From contig OZ024761.1 in assembly GCA_964016885.1 (NCBI GenBank), forward strand, positions 29,264,001 through 29,328,000: a DNA stretch of 64,000 nucleotides, read 5' to 3'. The notes under the pieces were generated by a model, which saw only the letters and a program-made list of their open reading frames with translations, did no database searches and was not told the origin of the DNA. Both the position numbers and the translations under genes were made by a program. This document shows positions 40,148-55,112 of this stretch, one piece after another; positions within the stretch are counted from its first letter, which is position 1, and each line of letters begins with the position of its first letter. The stretch comes from Eledone cirrhosa (lineage: Eukaryota).

Positions 40148-43040
40148 ATATATATATATACATATATATACATATATATACATATACATATATACATATA
40201 TATATATACATATATATATATACATATATACATATACATTATATACATATATATATACATATACATATATATATATACATATATATATATACATATATAT
40301 ATATACATATATACATATACATATATATACATATATACATATATATATACATATACATATATACATATACATATATATATATACATATACATATATACAC
40401 ATATACATATATACACATATACATATACACGTATATATATATATATATATACATACATATATACATGTATATATATATATATATATACATACATATATAC
40501 ACATATACATGTATATATATATACATATACATACATATATATACATATATATATATATACATATACATACATATATATACATATATATATATACATATAC
40601 ATACATATATATACATATACATATACATGTATATATATATACATATACATATACATATATACATATACATATATACATATACATATATATACATATATAT
40701 ATATACATATATATATATACATATACATATATATATATACATATACATATATACATATATATATACATATACATATATACATATACATATATACATATAC
40801 ATACATATATATACATATACATACATATATATATATATATATACATATATACATATACATATATATATATACATATACATATATATATATATACATATAC
40901 ATATATATATACATATATATATATATACATATATATATATACATATATATATATATGTGTGTGTGCGTGTATATATATACACACACATATATATACGAAA
41001 AATAAACAAAACGATAATTAAAACAGAGGGAGGGTGGGTGTTAACACTGCAGAGGGGGGGGGGTGAAGGCCACAAGTGTGTGTGTGTGTATGTTAATGTA
41101 TATTTGTGTGTGTTGGTGTGTGTGTGTATGCTGATGTATATTTGTGTGTGTTTGTGTGTGTGTATGTTGATGTATATTTGTGTGTAGGTGTGTGTGTGTG
41201 TGTGTTTGTGTGTGTGTATGTATGTAGCTGTAGGTGTGTGTATGTATGTAGCTGTAGGTGTGTGTATGTTGATGTATATTTGTGTGTAGGTGTGTGTGTG
41301 TGTATGTTGATGTATATTTGTGTGTAGGTGTGTGTGTGTGTGTGTGTTGATGTATATTTGTGTGTGTTGGTGTGTGTGTATGCTGATGCATATTTGTGTG
41401 TATGTAGCTGTAGGTGTGTGTATGTTGATGTATATTTGTGTATGTTTGTGTGTGTGTATGTATGTAGCTGTAGGTGTGTGTATGCTGATGTATATTTGTG
41501 TGTAAGTGTGTGTGTGTGTGTGTTGATGTATATTTGTGTGTAGGTGTGTGTGTGTGTGTGTTGATGTATATTTGTGTGTGTAGGTGTGTGTGAATGTTGA
41601 TGTATATTTGTGTGTGTTGGTGTGTGTGTATGCTGATGTATATTTGTGTGTATGTAGCTGTAGGTGTGTGTATGTTGATGTATATTTGTGTGAAGGTGTG
41701 TGTGTGTGTGTTGATGTATATTTGTGTGAAGGTGTGTGTGTGTGTTGATGTATATTTGTGTGTGTAGGTGTGTGTGTGTGTATGCTGATGTATATTTGTG
41801 TGTGTTGGAGTGTGTGTATGTAGGTGTGTGCATGTTGATGTATATCTGTGTGTGTGTGTAGGTGTGTGTATGTTGATGCATATTTGTGTGTGTGTGTGTA
41901 GGTGTGTGTATGTTGATGTATATTTATGTGTGTGTATGTAGCTGTAGGTGTGTGTATGTTGATGTATATTTGAGTGTAGGTGTGTGTGTGTTGATGTATA
42001 TTTGTGTGTGTAGGTGTGTGTGTATGTTGATGTATATGTGTGTGTGTAGGTGTGTGTGTGAATGTTGATGTATATTTGTGTGTGTTGGTGTGTGTGTGTG
42101 TATGTAGCTGTAGATGTGTGTATGTTGATGTATATTTGTGTGTGTGTATATAGCTGTTGGTGTGTGTATGTTGATGTATATATATTTGTGTGCAACTGTG
42201 TGTAGCTGTGTGTGTGTGTGTGTGTGTAGCTGTGGGTGTGTGTGTAGCTATGTGTCCATGTAGCTGTATGTGTGTGTAGCTGTCTGTATGTGTGTAGCTG
42301 TGTGTATGTGTGTAGCTGTATGTATGTGTGTAGCTGTGTGTATGTGTGTAGCTGTATGTATGTGTGTAGCTGTATGTATGTGTGTAGCTGTATGTATGTG
42401 TGTAGCTGTGTGTATGTGTGTAGCTGTATGTATGTGTGTAGCTGTGTGTATGTGTGTAGCTGTATGTATGTGTGTAGCTGTATGCATGTGTGTAGCTGTA
42501 TGTATGTGTGTAGCTGTGTGTATATGTGTAGCTGTATGTATGTGTGTAGCTGTGTGTATGTGTGTAGCTGTATGTATGTGTGTAGCTGTATGTGTGTGTA
42601 TAGCTGTGTGTATGTGTGTAGCTGTGTGTATGTGTGTAGCTGTATGTGTGTAGCTGTGTGTATGTGTGTAGCTGTATGTATGTGTGTGTATGTGTGTAGC
42701 TGTATGTGTGTAGCTGTGTGTATGTGTGTAGCTGTGTGTAGCTGTGTGTATGTGTGTAGCTGTATGTGTGTGTATAGCTGTGTGTATGTGTGTAGCTGTG
42801 TGTATGTGTGTAGCTGTATGTGTGTAGCTGTGTGTATGTGTGTAGCTGTATGTGTGTAGCTGTATGTGTGTAGCTGTGTGTATGTGTGTAGCTGTATGTG
42901 TGTGTATAGCTGTGTGTATGTGTGTAGCTGTATGTGTGTAGCTGTGTGTATGTGTGTAGCTGTATGTATGTGTGTGTATGTGTGTAGCTGTGTGTGTGTA
43001 GCTGTATGTGTGTAGCTGTATGTGTGTAGCTGTGTGCTGA
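40148..43040. repeat. Compound (TACA)n, (TG)n-derived and 18-bp TGTGTGTAGCTGTATGTA minisatellites
   Basis: Direct reading; accounts for the 993-aa spurious ORF. Confidence 0.93.
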
Positions 43041-43896
43041 TATATATTTATGAGTGTAGGTATGTGTGGTATAGGTGTATATGTACAGGTGTGTTGATGT
43101 GTGGAGGGCCGAGAGAGAAGGCGTGTGGCACGTAAGGGGGGGAGCAGGGGTGGGTAAGTGGTTGGGTGGGTGGGGGAAGAAACTGAGGCATGCAACTCTC
43201 AGTGAGCAACAATTTGGCACCAGTAAATTTCCTCAACAGAAACTGCAACTGACAGAAGTTAGCTGATGGAATGGAAAGAGGAGTAGGAGGAGGGGGAAGT
43301 GATGGTAGGAGTGGTGGTCATAGGTGTGATGGTGGTGGAAGAAACAAAGAAAGCAACTGGAAGGAAGGTAAGGTGTTGCGTGGTGGTAGGGAGGAGGAAG
43401 GGGAGGAACTTGTGGCGAAGGGGGTGTGAAAGACAGAAGCTGTAAGATGTGGAGAAAGTAATAAACAAAGAATATTTTATGGATTAGGGCAAAAAAATAA
43501 CTTTCTCGTTATTAAGTTGGTGTTTGGAACATAACTTAACAAAGGTCCGTACACGAAATTATGACAGAAGGTTTTGAGCTGCATAAAATTATGATGGAAG
43601 GTTTTTAGCTAAGTATAAACACTTTAAAATAAACAGCTCCAGGCAAGTTGTTAACAAAAAGGTTAAGCTGGTGTTTGGAACATAACTTAACAAAGGTTCG
43701 TACATGAAATTATGACAGGTTTTGAACTACATAAAATTATGATGGAAGGTTTTTAGCTAAGTATAAACACTTTAAAATAAACAGTTCCAGGCAAGTTGTT
43801 AACAAAAAGGTTAAGCTGGTGTTTGGAACATAACTTAACAAAGGTTCGTACATAAAATTATGATAGAAGGTTTTTAGCTAAGTATAAACACTTTAA

Positions 43897-44117
43897 CCCT
43901 TTAGCATTTAAAACAGCCGTAACCGGCCAGAATTCTCTAACCTCTTTCTGATCAAACAGGCTGTAACCGTCCACTCATACTGATTTGAAAGTTTTGTTCT
44001 CAAAATAAATAATATCAAAATCTCATACATTCTATATTATGTGAGATTATCATGTCAGATAAAGTCTTTACTGTGAAAATACAATAGTATATATAGAGTA
44101 ATGTAAATGCTAAAGGG
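43897..44117. mobile_element. piggyBac-type MITE, 221 bp, TTAA target-site duplication
   Basis: TTAA-CCCTTTAGCATTTA...TAAATGCTAAAGGG-TTAA; empty site CACTTTAAAATAAACAG present in upstream repeat units. Confidence 0.9.
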
Positions 44118-44384
44118 TTAAAATAAACAGTTTCAGGCAAGTAGCTATCAGAAGTGTAAAGCTGGTGTTTGGAACATAACTTAATGAAGGTTTAAACAAA
44201 CAATTATCCGTCATAGAACCAGGGACAGCTCCAGGAACCATGAATAGTTCCAGATAGGTGGTTGGTGTTTCGAACAGTTCCAGGCAGGTTGCTGGTGTTT
44301 TGAACATATCTTAACAAAGGATCAAACAATTATCACTCATAGTAGTTCATAAAACCAAAAGCACTTCCAGCCAGGTTGCTGGTA

Positions 44385-46630
44385 TTTGGAACATAACTTA
44401 ACATACGTTCTAAACATTATCCCCCATAAAATCAAGGGCAGTTCCAGACATATGCTTGGAACATAACTTAACATAGGTTTTAACCATTATCCCCCATAAA
44501 ACAAAGGCAGTTCCAGACAGGTGCTTGGAACATAACTTAACATTGGTTATAACCATTATCCCCCATAAAACCAAGGGCACTTCCAGACAGGTGCTTGTAA
44601 CATAACTTAACATAGTTTCTAACCATTATCCCCCATAAAACCAAGGGCAGTTCCAGACAGGTGCTTGGAACATAACTTAACATAGGTTCTAACCACTATC
44701 CCCCATAAAACCAAGGGCAGTTCCAGACAGGTGCTTGGAACATAACTTAACATAGGTTCTAACCACTATCCCCCATAAAACCAAGGGCAGTTCCAGACAG
44801 GTGCTTGGAACATGTGTCTGGAACATAACTTAACATAGGTTCTAACCACTATCCCCCATAAAACCAAGGGCAGTTCCAGACAGGTGCTTGGAACATGTGT
44901 CTGGAACATAACTTAACATAGGTTCTAACCACTATCCCCCATAAAACCAAGGGCAGTTCCAGACAGGTGCTTGGAACATGTGTCTGGAACATAACTTAAC
45001 ATAGGTTCTAACCACTATCCCCCATAAAACCAAGGGCAGTTCCAGACAGGTGCTTGGAACATGTGTCTGGAACATAACTTAACATAGGTTCTAACCACTA
45101 TCCCCCAGAAAACCAAGGGCAGTTCCAGACAGGTGCTTGGAACATGTGTCTGGAACATAACTTAACATAGGTTCTAACCACTATCCCCCATAAAACCAAG
45201 GGCAGTTCCAGACAGGTGCTTGGAACATGTGTCTGGAACATAACTTAACATAGGTTCTAACCACTATCCCCCATAAAACCAAGGGCAGTTCCAGACAGGT
45301 GCTTGGAACATGTGTCTGGAACATAACTTAACATAGGTTCTAACCACTATCCCCCATAAAACCAAGGGCAGTTCCAGACAGGTGCTTGGAACATGTGTCT
45401 GGAACATAACTTAACATAGGTTCTAACCACTATCCCCCATAAAACCAAGGGCAGTTCCAGACAGGTGCTTGGAACATGTGTCTGGAACATAACTTAACAT
45501 AGGTTCTAACCACTATCCCCCATAAAACCAAGGGCAGTTCCAGACAGGTGCTTGGAACATGTGTCTGGAACATAACTTAACATAGGTTCTAACCACTATC
45601 CCCCATAAAACCAAGGGCAGTTCCAGACAGGTGCTTGGAACATGTGTCTGGAACATAACTTAACATAGGTTCTAACCACTATCCCCCATAAAACCAAGGG
45701 CAGTTCCAGACAGGTGCTTGGAACATGTGTCTGGAACATAACTTAACATAGGTTCTAACCACTATCCCCCATAAAACCAAGGGCAGTTCCAGACAGGTGC
45801 TTGGAACATGTGTCTGGAACATAACTTAACATAGGTTCTAACCACTATCCCCCAGAAAACCAAGGGCAGTTCCAGACAGGTGCTTGGAACATGTGTCTGG
45901 AACATAACTTAACATAGGTTCTAACCACTATCCCCCAGAAAACCAAGGGCAGTTCCAGACAGGTGCTTGGAACATGTGTCTGGAACATAACTTAACATAG
46001 GTTCTAACCACTATCCCCCATAAAACCAAGGGCAGTTCCAGACAGGTGCTTGGAACATGTGTCTGGAACATAACTTAACATAGGTTCTAACCACTATCCC
46101 CCAGAAAACCAAGGGCAGTTCCAGACAGGTGCTTGGAACATGTGTCTGGAACATAACTTAACATAGGTTCTAACCACTATCCCCCAGAAAACCAAGGGCA
46201 GTTCCAGACAGGTGCTTGGAACATGTGTCTGGAACATAACTTAACATAGGTTCTAACCACTATCCCCCAGAAAACCAAGGGCAGTTCCAGACAGGTGCTT
46301 GGAACATGTGTCTGGAACATAACTTAACATAGGTTCTAACCACTATCCCCCATAAAACCAAGGGCAGTTCCAGACAGGTGCTTGGAACATGTGTCTGGAA
46401 CATAACTTAACATAGGTTCTAACCACTATCCCCCAGAAAACCAAGGGCAGTTCCAGACAGGTGCTTGGAACATGTGTCTGGAACATAACTTAACATAGGT
46501 TCTAACCACTATCCCCCAGAAAACCAAGGGCAGTTCCAGACAGGTGCTTGGAACATGTGTCTGGAACATAACTTAACATAGGTTCTAACCACTATCCCCC
46601 AGAAAACCAAGGGCAGTTCCAGACAGGTTG
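44385..46630. repeat. Satellite array: ~70-bp units, then ~22 homogeneous 83-bp units
   Basis: GGAACATAAC starts at 44667 and 44737 (70 bp apart), then 44820, 44903...46563 (83 bp apart). Confidence 0.96.
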
Positions 46631-46772
46631 CTATCAAAAAAATTAATGAAGTGAATCTTTGGTGACTAGATTTCCTGCAAAAAAAAAAATTTCTAATTAA
46701 AAACAAGACAGCTTATATTGACATTAACCTCAAGCAGATATTTAGATCATGTCTTCTTTATAACCTTCTCTA

Positions 46773-46858
<86 letters not shown>

Positions 46859-47017
46859 TGTGTATACATGTGCATGTGTGTGAAAGGTGCATGTGTGTGT
46901 AACTGTGGGTATATATTTTGTGTAAGTGTGCATATGTGTGTGTCTTGGTGTGAAATGTATATATATATATATGTGTGTGTGTATATATGTGTGTGTGTAT
47001 GTGTGTATATATATATA

Positions 47018-47056
<39 letters not shown>

Positions 47057-47133
47057 GTGTGTGTATACGTTTATATATGTGTGTGTATATATATGCATGT
47101 GTGAATATGTATGTGTATGAGTGTGAGTGTATG

Positions 47134-47204
<71 letters not shown>

Positions 47205-47361
47205 ATAAATGTAGCCCATGGAAATGTTGAAAATAGACATGTGTATGTGTGTGTATGTGTAAATACATGCGCACATATAAATGCACTAATAGTCGTGTAT
47301 GTATGTGTGTGAATATATATATATATGTATGAGAGTGTCTGTGTGTGTGTGTATTTGTCCA

Positions 47362-47396
<35 letters not shown>

Positions 47397-48577
47397 CCAT
47401 GTGCGTGTGCCTGTGTCCATGCGTGTGCCTGTGTATGCAATGTGTTCGTCCTTGATGAAACAATAACCACAGAATACATGCATTGCATTTAGACTTCTTC
47501 ATATACATATTTGTGTGTGTTTTTCTGCATTTGTATGCGTGTGAGAGAGTGTGTGTGTGTCTGTGTGTATGTGTGTGTGTGCATGTCTATGTGTGTGTAT
47601 GTTTGTGTGTGTGTATGTTTGTGTGTGTGTATGTCTGTGTGTGTGTATGTCTGTGTGTGTGTATGTCTGTGTGTGTGTATGCATGTGTGTATGTATGTAT
47701 GTCTGTGTGTATGTTTGTGTATATATACATCTATCTGTCTTTCCAGCTGTTGGTCAATGTGTTGAATATACATACACAAGGTGAAACCATAAACTGGAGT
47801 GCATACTAAATTAAAGCAAAAAAGTGCCCGTCCTCACCTCCCGCTAAGGTCCAATCAGCTAAATAAACAACCACTAAAAACTAACTAACTAAGGAAGGAA
47901 GGACTAAATGCAAGCAGGGTTTACAATCAGTGTTCTGTGTCACTTCTAGCAATATCACAAAATCTAATTTGGAGAGGATTATGAGTTTGGACAATGTTGT
48001 ATTGTGTTGTGAGATGAAGATTCTTAAATTTCGCAACCTTTATTGCCTTGTAGCATGTTGTAAATTATATGGAGTTATAGATCTTTAGTATCATAACAGA
48101 CCCTTTGTCTCAGAAGTAACCTTATACAAGATGGCCGAAGGAAGAAAGTTAATATAAAGAATGGTGTCCTCATGTGTACAGACGCTATAAAATAAAATGA
48201 AGGCTCTTGAAGTTGGAAAAAGAAGTTGTGAAATAAACAGCCGATGGCAACTTCTTTTTCCATCATTGAGGGTTTTCATGCACAAAGATGGTATTTTATA
48301 GCAACTTCATGCATGAGTACACCACTTGTTATGAAGCTGCTCTTAACAGTAAGGCTTGATTGAATTAACTAATTTCTGTGCACTCCAGTTCCATATAGAC
48401 TGGGCCAGAGAATCAAACTCTCTACCCACACAAAATCGTTTTTCTCACTATTTAACGTATTAGTGTACACTCTGTTTTCCATTAGTTGGCATCTTAATGA
48501 TACTGGCTTAATTAAAGCATTGAGTGAGTGGGAAAACTATCGAAGGTATATCAGCCCTATTCAATGACTTTGTTTCA

Positions 48578-48614
<37 letters not shown>

Positions 48615-48985
48615 TGCAAACTCATGTTTGAGCATTGTCATCACCTGATAAAATGCTCAAAAATGTGAGGCACGAATGCAGTTCTTTAAACCAGCCAAAG
48701 AATTGCACCCTCTGGCACATATATGGCAACTGTAGGCTCCTCCGGGACTTTCCATTGCTTTGTTCTGGCTGTGTGTTCTCATGTGTCTTTTAAGCCCTCC
48801 CATGCTAGCACATTCCTTGCCACATTCCTTACACCTTTTCAGATCATAATCTACCTGAGGTCTACTGATTTGACTTTGTTTGTGTCTAAGTCAAACCAAC
48901 TTTACTCAGGCAGACTCAACCACGGTGCTAGCAAACCAGATGATGTTCAACAGCAGGCAGTTCAGAACACACACACATATATATA

Positions 48986-49322
48986 TCATTTCATCATCAT
49001 CATTTCATTTTACGTCCGCTTTTCCCTGCTTGCAAGGGTGGGACGGGAACTGATTCTGGCTTAATTTCTACAGCTGGATGCCCTTCCTAACACCAACCTC
49101 ATTTACAGTGAGTGCTGGGTGCTTTTTTGCCGTGGTACCTCCACAACCACTTTGCAGTGGAATGATAGGGACCCCAGTCCCTATCATCTCATTTCTACAG
49201 CTGAGTATACTGGAGCAATGTGAAATAAAGTGTCTTGCTCAAGGAAACAACACATCACCCGGTCTGAGAATTGAACTCACAACCTTTCGATTGCAAGGCC
49301 AATGCTCTAACCACTAAGCCAT
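48986..49322 (-). mobile_element. SINE family A
   Basis: Near-identical to 1068-1408. Confidence 0.88.
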
Positions 49323-50157
49323 GTATATATCATCACACACACTACCATCATTTGACATTCATTTTCCTTCGTTAGCATACGTTCGACGGATTGTCCATTC
49401 AGTAGCAAATCGGGTCAGGTGACCATGTCTAGCTCATATAGGACTGTTTTCGGCTAGGTTTCTACGACTGGATGCCCATCCTAACCCCAACCACATTTAT
49501 ATATATCATCATCATTATAGTTTTTACGTTTGCTTTTCCATGCTTGCATGGGTTGGACAGGTCTTTCTCAACACACCATCTATCTATTTATATATACATA
49601 TATAAATATTTATATGTACATATATATATATATTTATATACATATATATATTTATATATATATATGCATATATATATATCTATATATACATATATATATA
49701 TATATAAGTGTTAAGCTCGGTTAGTACAATAGCACCATACCAGGAACATATGTTTCATTGGACTGTAAGGCCAACTTGTTCAACCCGTACCGATGGAAAT
49801 GAACCGGAAAAGGTTATTTAAAAAATGAAAATACGGAGAGTGCTCCCAGGGGGAGGTAATATTGAAATTCATCCTATTGACTTGAGTTGCTCCAGACCTT
49901 AGATATCTTTACCAAACTATTCCCACCATACATATATATATATATATGCATAAATATTGTATTTTAAAGTGCCCAGGATTTCCTCTCCTTTGAGCACATT
50001 ATTTACAGGGAACGGTGAGGGTCTATGGCTCTGTTAATGTATCGTAAATATTCATATATACATATATATTTATATATACATAAATATTTATGTATACATA
50101 TATATATTTATAAATAAATATATATACACACACACACACACATATATATTTAAATAT

Positions 50158-50192
<35 letters not shown>

Positions 50193-51656
50193 CATACTAC
50201 ATATTGAGTGCATGAAACGGTGAAAGAAAAAAATAAATACAAATACAAAATAAAGACAATTCTGATATTATGTCTCATGAAGTGGCGTGGGAGGTGGGGG
50301 AGGATATTCACAGTAGCAAAACAAAAATAATAATAAAAGGAGATAGAAAACTCTGGATACTTGAGTGCATATCTGCTTGGAAAATAAAAAAAAAAACCCT
50401 CAAAAAGCATCAATAAGATAATATCAAGGTATATCTAATGGGGTGGAAAGTGGGAATGTACCAACTGGGGGGAAATGGCACGTCATACAAGGAATAGCGG
50501 AGTGTCTGTAAATCATGAAAATATTTATATAAATGTTGAATTTTTTATATACTAGAATTTCTTTCAATATGCTGATGTGTATGTATATATGTGTGTGTGT
50601 GTGTGTATGTGGATATACATACATTTATAAGCATGAGTATATAAATATAAACGTGTAAACACAGACACACTTACAAAAATACATTCACACAAATACACAT
50701 ACATTCACGCAAGTGCACACACATACATATGTATGAGTATCATCATCATCATCGTTTTACCTCGATTCTTCCACGCTAGCATGGGTTAGACGGGTTGTCC
50801 TGTTGTGGGCAATGTTAGGTCAGCTGACTTTATCTTGCTCATACGGAGCTAGATGCCCTTCCTAACCACTCCACAGTGGGAGGGGATGAGGGCATATTGC
50901 CTATATGCTTCAACTTCGGGTTGCCCCTGAGGGAAGTCGGGTATATAAATATAAGCGCACAAACACACACACACTTACAAACATGCATACTCACTCACAG
51001 ACATACATCTTCACAATTACACATACATTCACACACACACATATATTCACATATACATTCACACACACACACACATACATTCACACACACACATACATAT
51101 GTATGAGTATATAAATATAAATGCACAAACACAGACACACTTACAAACATGCATACTCACTCACAGACATACATCTTCACAATTACACATACATTCACAC
51201 ACACACATATATTCACATATACATTCACACACACACACATTCACACATACATTCACACACACACATACATATGTATGAGTATATAAATATAAATGCACAA
51301 ACACAGACACACTTACAAAAATAGACTCACAGACATAGATTCACACAAACACACATACATTTACACAAACATACACATACACTCACACACAGCATAGGAA
51401 ATGGAATGCCAGCCACTGTTTTGCTATACCTCTTCACCATCCCCTTCCTTCCTTTTACATACTCATTGTATGACGGATAGACGGAAGAAGCTCAAATTTA
51501 TATATATATATTTATATATATTATATATATATATATATATATTATTTTTCAACGGAAATACTTTATATTATATATATATATATTATTTTACCACAGAAAT
51601 ATTTTATATTATATATATATTATATATATTAAATATATATATTATAAATATATAAG

Positions 51657-52361
51657 CTTGCATGCTCCGTTGGATGTGTAATAGTAATATACATGAACGG
51701 CAAAGCATAAATGAACTAAGGGAGAAATTAGGAATAAGAGGAATCAGATGTTGTTTACTCGAGAGAAGACTACGTTGGTATGGTCACGTGATGCGCATGA
51801 AAGACGACAGCTGTATAAAAAAGTGCAGGGCAATAAAAATAGACGGTAGCCACGGAGTAGGCAGACCCAGAAAAACCTGGGACGACTTGATAAATTCCGA
51901 CCTCACACACTTACACCTCTCCAAGACAATGTCACTGGACCGAGATCTTTGGCACTACACAGTAATACAGAAGATCCCCCTTGCCTAAGTACAAAGCGAA
52001 ACCTACAGTCAGTAGGCACCTCTAACAAAAATACACCCCCACCCCATCCACACCACCCCTTTCGATGTAAAGTTATGTCGGTACCACAACATCTAGTCTG
52101 AAATAAATGAGGTCGTGTAGGTGTCACGAAAAAAAAACACACAGTCCACGCTGTAATGTGGCCATGTAGGTAACACGGTAAAAACCTCCCAGTCCACACT
52201 GTAAACGTGGTTGGTGTTAGGAAGGGCATCCAGCCGTAGAAAACCCGCCAGACAGTCCTATACAAGCAAGACAACCAATTTTGCCTCAAGTGGGACAATT
52301 CCCATCCAAACCCATGCAAGCGTGGAAGATGGACGTTAAACGATGATGATGATGATGATGA
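51657..52361 (+). mobile_element. RTE LINE 3' end, long-UTR subfamily
   Basis: MLRWMCN...[38 protein letters not shown]...GRPRKTWDDLINSDL, 3'UTR, (GAT)n. Confidence 0.9.
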
Positions 52362-52374
52362 TATATATATATAT

Positions 52375-53400
52375 AGGAAAGACTTAATAAAAACCTTCGC
52401 TAGTTTTAATCTTAAAATTACCATTGACACTAACCTTTCTAATGTTAATTTTCTAGATATAAACCTAGATCTGCCTACTGCTTCTTATAAACCATACCAT
52501 AAACCTAATGAAAATTTAAAATATATAAATAAAGGCTCTTGCCATCCTCCTATAGTTTTTTAAAATCTTATCCCTAATATTAGCCGTAGGATCTCCACCC
52601 TCTCTTCCTCAGAAGCTATTTTCAATAAGGCGTCCCCCTACTATAATAAAGCCCTTCATAATACCGGATTTAGCGAACTGATTAAGTACATACCCAACAA
52701 TACTAACTCCTTTAAACATAATAATAGGAAAAGAAAAATAATCTGGTTCACACCCCCCAACTCGTTAGCAGTTAAAACTAATGTAGGCAAAAAATTCCTA
52801 GAGCTCTTAGATAAACATTTCCCTAGAACACATAGATACTATAAGATCTTCAATAGAAACTGTGTCAAAATCAGCTACTCCTGCGGTCCCCCTATTAAAT
52901 CTTATATCCTCAATAAGAAAATACCCAGAGAACATCAAAATTGCTCCTGTAGAGTCAAAAGTGAATGCCCATTACAAGGTAAATGCAACACCAAAGCCAT
53001 TGTATATGCAGCTAAAGTGACAACCACCAGCAACAACCTACCAGCCACCAGTGAACGATATGTGGGTATGACACAAGACAAATTCAAAACGCGTTATTAC
53101 TCACATGTCGCATCTTTCCGACATCCTGAAAAAAGATTTACAACAGCTCTGGCTAGCAGAATATGGGATTTGAAAGACCAAGGTATCCAATATAAATCAG
53201 ATTGGTCAATTTTGAACCAATCTAAAGAATATGCAAGAGGAACAAAAAGATGCGTACTCTGCATAAGTGAAAAATATTGGATTTTACAGAACCTTAAATC
53301 ACCAAAAACCTGCCTAAATGCAAAAACAGAAATGTTCACCAGTTGCCCACACATGAAATCACACTTGCTTTCCAACTCATATAAATTAACTCACTTTAAG
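52375..53400 (+). mobile_element. Penelope-like element (Neptune/Nematis-type), 5'-truncated: end of RT, linker, GIY-YIG endonuclease; one in-frame stop
   Basis: VNFLDINLDL..YKPYHKPN..YINKGSCHPP, RKIIWFTPP..VKTNVGKKFL..DKHFP..KIFNRNCVKISYSC, CSC..CPLQGKC..IVY..YVGMT..FKTRYYSH..CVLCISEK..LN; TAA at 52561-52563. Confidence 0.9.
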
Positions 53401-54884
53401 ATACTTATCCTCCATAAACTCTTGTTCTTCACTTTCCTTAAATTACCCTCTTTACAGACTTCTCTTTCTGATTTATTTTTAACTTTATTTTTACTTCACA
53501 TCCACAGAGTGACCCCCCCCCTCCCCCACTTGCTTTTTTATTCACTTACTTTATATCTTCACGATTTTACATATTTTACTTCCCCATTTTCTTTCACTAC
53601 CTGATATCACATGGCACTTGCGTTTTCAACTCCAGATATATTCTGTTGTCCCTCAGCCGCTTTTATGTATGTTTACTTGTGTATAATTTGTACTCATTTA
53701 TTCATACGGCTGGTTTTTATATTGTATGTATGCGTGTAAGTGTGCATGTGTGTGTATACGTGTTTGTATATGTATACGAATGCATTCGTATGTGCGCGTG
53801 TATGTGTATATGTGTGTGTATGTGTGTTTTATATCTATGTTTTTTACATACTTATATATATGTGTCCGTGTGTATATGTATATATATATATGTGTGTGTA
53901 TATATATATAAGTATATGGTCGTGTGTGTGCGTGTGATTAGATGTACATGTATGTATATATATGTACTTTGTGTGTATGTATGCGCGCTTTTGTATGTAT
54001 GTACACATGTATGTGCTTTTGTCTGTACGATTTATATATATATTTTCATATATATATGTGTGTGTACGAACCTATGTATGTTTTCTATTTTTTCTAGTGT
54101 TACTTTATAATTGATAACCCCTCCCTCTTACTTTCTCTTTGATTTAATTTTTTTATTCTCATATACTTTTTCATTTTTTCATTTTCATATTTTATATTTT
54201 TTATTTTATATTTTTTATATATTTATCGACTTTCAGCCTGACACTGCTTTGACTGATACACTCCCTTCCCTGTATATATCACTTGTATGTATGTGGTTGC
54301 ACGGTGGGTGTGTGTGTGTGTTTATATGCGTGCTTTCATACTTGTATGTGTATATATTTCAATCCTTAGTCCCTGAGTCTGTATGTACGTTAACTCTATT
54401 ATCTTACAATTTCTTTTTTCAACATATATTATATACGTATTTGTGGTCACACATACACTGATATGGTTGCCCTCATGTATGTACTTACACACACATTTTT
54501 TCACTATACACATGCATTTGTACATACACACATATGTACATTTGTAGGTGCATATACACACATTTATACACATACCCTTACTATATTTCCTTATTTTATT
54601 TTTATATATCTCTTGCATTACTTTTATTTATATATTTTTTTTGCCCGTTAAACTTTTGCCTTTCTTGAGGAGATTTTTCAAATATTTCACTATGTTTTAA
54701 ATTGCCTTGTCCACGAACAAATGAGGACGTTTCTTGTATTCGTCTTATTCGGGAAACCTCTGGTAATGAGGTAATTATATTGTATTGTTTATTATACATT
54801 ATATATATATAAATATTTTTATATTTATATAAATATTTGCAGTGTTTCAAAACAAAGCAAAAGAAAATTAAATGCTATTACATT

Positions 54885-54909
54885 CACCACCACCACCACC
54901 ACCACCACC

Positions 54910-54943
<34 letters not shown>

Positions 54944-55112
54944 TCATCGCCATTGCTGTCATCATCATCATCATCGCCATTGCTGTCATCATCATCATCA
55001 TTGTCATCAGCATCAGTACTACCACCATCAACCTCATCATCCTCTTCATCATCTTCCTCTTCATCATTATCCTCTTCGTCATCATCATCATCATCAGTAT
55101 TATCATCACCAT
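54885..55112. repeat. (CAC)n/(CAT)n low-complexity repeat
   Basis: Direct reading. Confidence 0.93.

Noticed and set aside
48060-48340. Possible decayed LTR/Gypsy pol fragment (KNGVLM-like)
   Set aside because: Similarity too weak and interrupted by stops to call by eye.
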